The position numbers were made by a program, and so were the translations under genes. From NCBI GenBank assembly GCA_030390025.1, contig JASTWF010000362.1:1-64000 (forward strand): DNA of 64,000 nt, read 5' to 3'. This stretch comes from Squalus acanthias (lineage: Eukaryota). Below the pieces are notes generated by a model. That model ran no database searches. It was not told where the DNA came from and worked only from the letters and a program-made list of their open reading frames with translations. Positions within the stretch are counted from its first letter, which is position 1. Each line of letters starts with the position of its first letter. Shown here in pieces: positions 62,556 through 64,000 of this stretch.

Positions 62556-64000
62556 GTCAGGTCAACGCTTTGGTGGTCGTTCCAGACACATCCATAAAAG
62601 GCAGAGCTGCCCAAGGTCTTTGTCCCCCTTTCTCTCCCGCTCTCCCCACGTCATACTATGCCCAGACAGATGGTTCTTGACTTGGCCATGAGAAGACTAT
62701 CTTCCTTCCCACTTGTCCAAATAATGAATCATTAAACCCGCTAGTACTTGATTGGCAGGTTTCTGTACCACAGTTGGTAGAATAGAGTTGAGCTCGGGGA
62801 CTGTGGCAGATAGATTTGTACTTAAACGAGTACATCAGCATAGAAGGATATGCTGATGGGGGTGAGATGAAGAGGGGTGGGAGGAGGCTCGTGTGGAGCA
62901 TAAACGCCGGCATGGACTGGTTGGGCCGAATGGCCTGTTTCTGTGCTGGAGACTCGATGTAATTCTGTGTAACTTCGATGTACTTTTTTACATTACAAAA
63001 CCTCCAGGCTAAAGCAGGATCAACTCCTGGACGCCATAGCATTGATCAGATATTCTTTAACAGTAAAATGTAAAATCCACAGTGCAATATTTGCTGGATA
63101 ACTCCACCTAATAATAGACACTTTATTATTCCTGTTGCCTGATCTGTAACTTACTGAGTGTTTTGGAGGAAGTATAGATTTTAACCAGGACTAGTTTTAA
63201 GTATAAATCTGTCTGCCACAGTCCCTGAGCTCTGTCCAGTCTAACTCTATTCTACAACAGTGATACAGAAAGGGACCTTTCTAGAGGTTGGTCTGGTGGG
63301 ACAGGGTGTTGATGCTGCGGTAGCGTGCACTGTTGGAACAGCACGTTGCGATGTTTCCACGCAGACGGGAGAGGCGCTGAGTGCAAGCAATTTGCCTTCC
63401 TCTGCATCCAGCAACTGGCTCCAAGAGAGCGATTTGTCAGGTGGCTGGGAGTCGATCCTGTGTCTGAACTCTCCACTGAATATGATGCATCGTGGCGAGG
63501 TCAGTGACTGCGTGGAGATCTGCTGTGCGCTGTCCCAACACTGCAATCCTCTGAAGTCCTTCCCTTACCATCAGTTACCAACTCTCTTTTTAAACTTGCC
63601 TCTATTCGAAGGTATCCCCCCCCCCCCCCCCATTTAAGCTCATTCAGTGGGAGATATTTCCACTTAGTTTTTTGTATCTGTTACGACAGATGAGCCCCAT
63701 TTTAATTCCCCACCATAGCTGACTAATTTGATGACGCAGTTGAAAGAGCCAGAGACGCAGGATGTAGAGGCTGCTGGCCTTTCTACCTCAATGGAGCCGC
63801 CAATGTCCGTGCTTTAAGGCTTGAGCTTGAGGGGCCGAATGGCCTACTCCTGTTCCTATCTTCCAATGACGTGTGAATGCCAATCCCGCGGATACAATCA
63901 TTCGCTCTCGATGCCAGTCAAAATCCTCCTCCTGAGGTCTGGGCATCTCCCTTGTACCCAAAGAGTAATTGTGAGTCTAATCTGATAAAAAAGCATCACC

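Noticed and set aside
62145..64000. Next SH3GLB2 exon (LWNDEVDK-like) and SH3-domain exons
   Set aside because: Not found by eye. Presumably downstream of the window.

Overview
This is vertebrate genomic DNA, most likely from a cartilaginous fish (shark-like). That inference rests on the repeat content: HE1/V-SINE-like SINEs, SacSINE1-like DeuSINEs, and abundant CR1, L2 and Penelope elements. The window lies inside one large + strand gene, endophilin B2 (SH3GLB2). Six GT-AG coding exons splice in frame and encode the N-BAR domain from FTEEKLGQ to VLSASASA: 20499-20640, 38364-38492, 54717-54850, 57643-57735, a 12-nt microexon at 58037-58048, and 62082-62144. Exon numbers are inferred from recalled vertebrate gene structure. 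Exon 1 and the 3' exons, including SH3, were not found and probably lie outside the window. Most intronic sequence is retroelement debris plus mini- and microsatellites, and almost all ORFs in the supplied track are repeat artefacts. The most notable observations are: (1) minimal hammerhead-ribozyme motifs from a Penelope-like element, the best-preserved one in sense orientation in the pre-mRNA; (2) a candidate intronic alternative last or poison exon (KIQETLN*) followed by two AATAAA; (3) the CEGE microexon with a neural-type splicing signature; (4) a near-identical inverted SINE pair flanking exon 3; (5) repeated expansion of the same 33-bp SINE hairpin segment into minisatellites. No prokaryotic-type system (CRISPR, operon) is present. 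Repeat boundaries were read by eye and are approximate.
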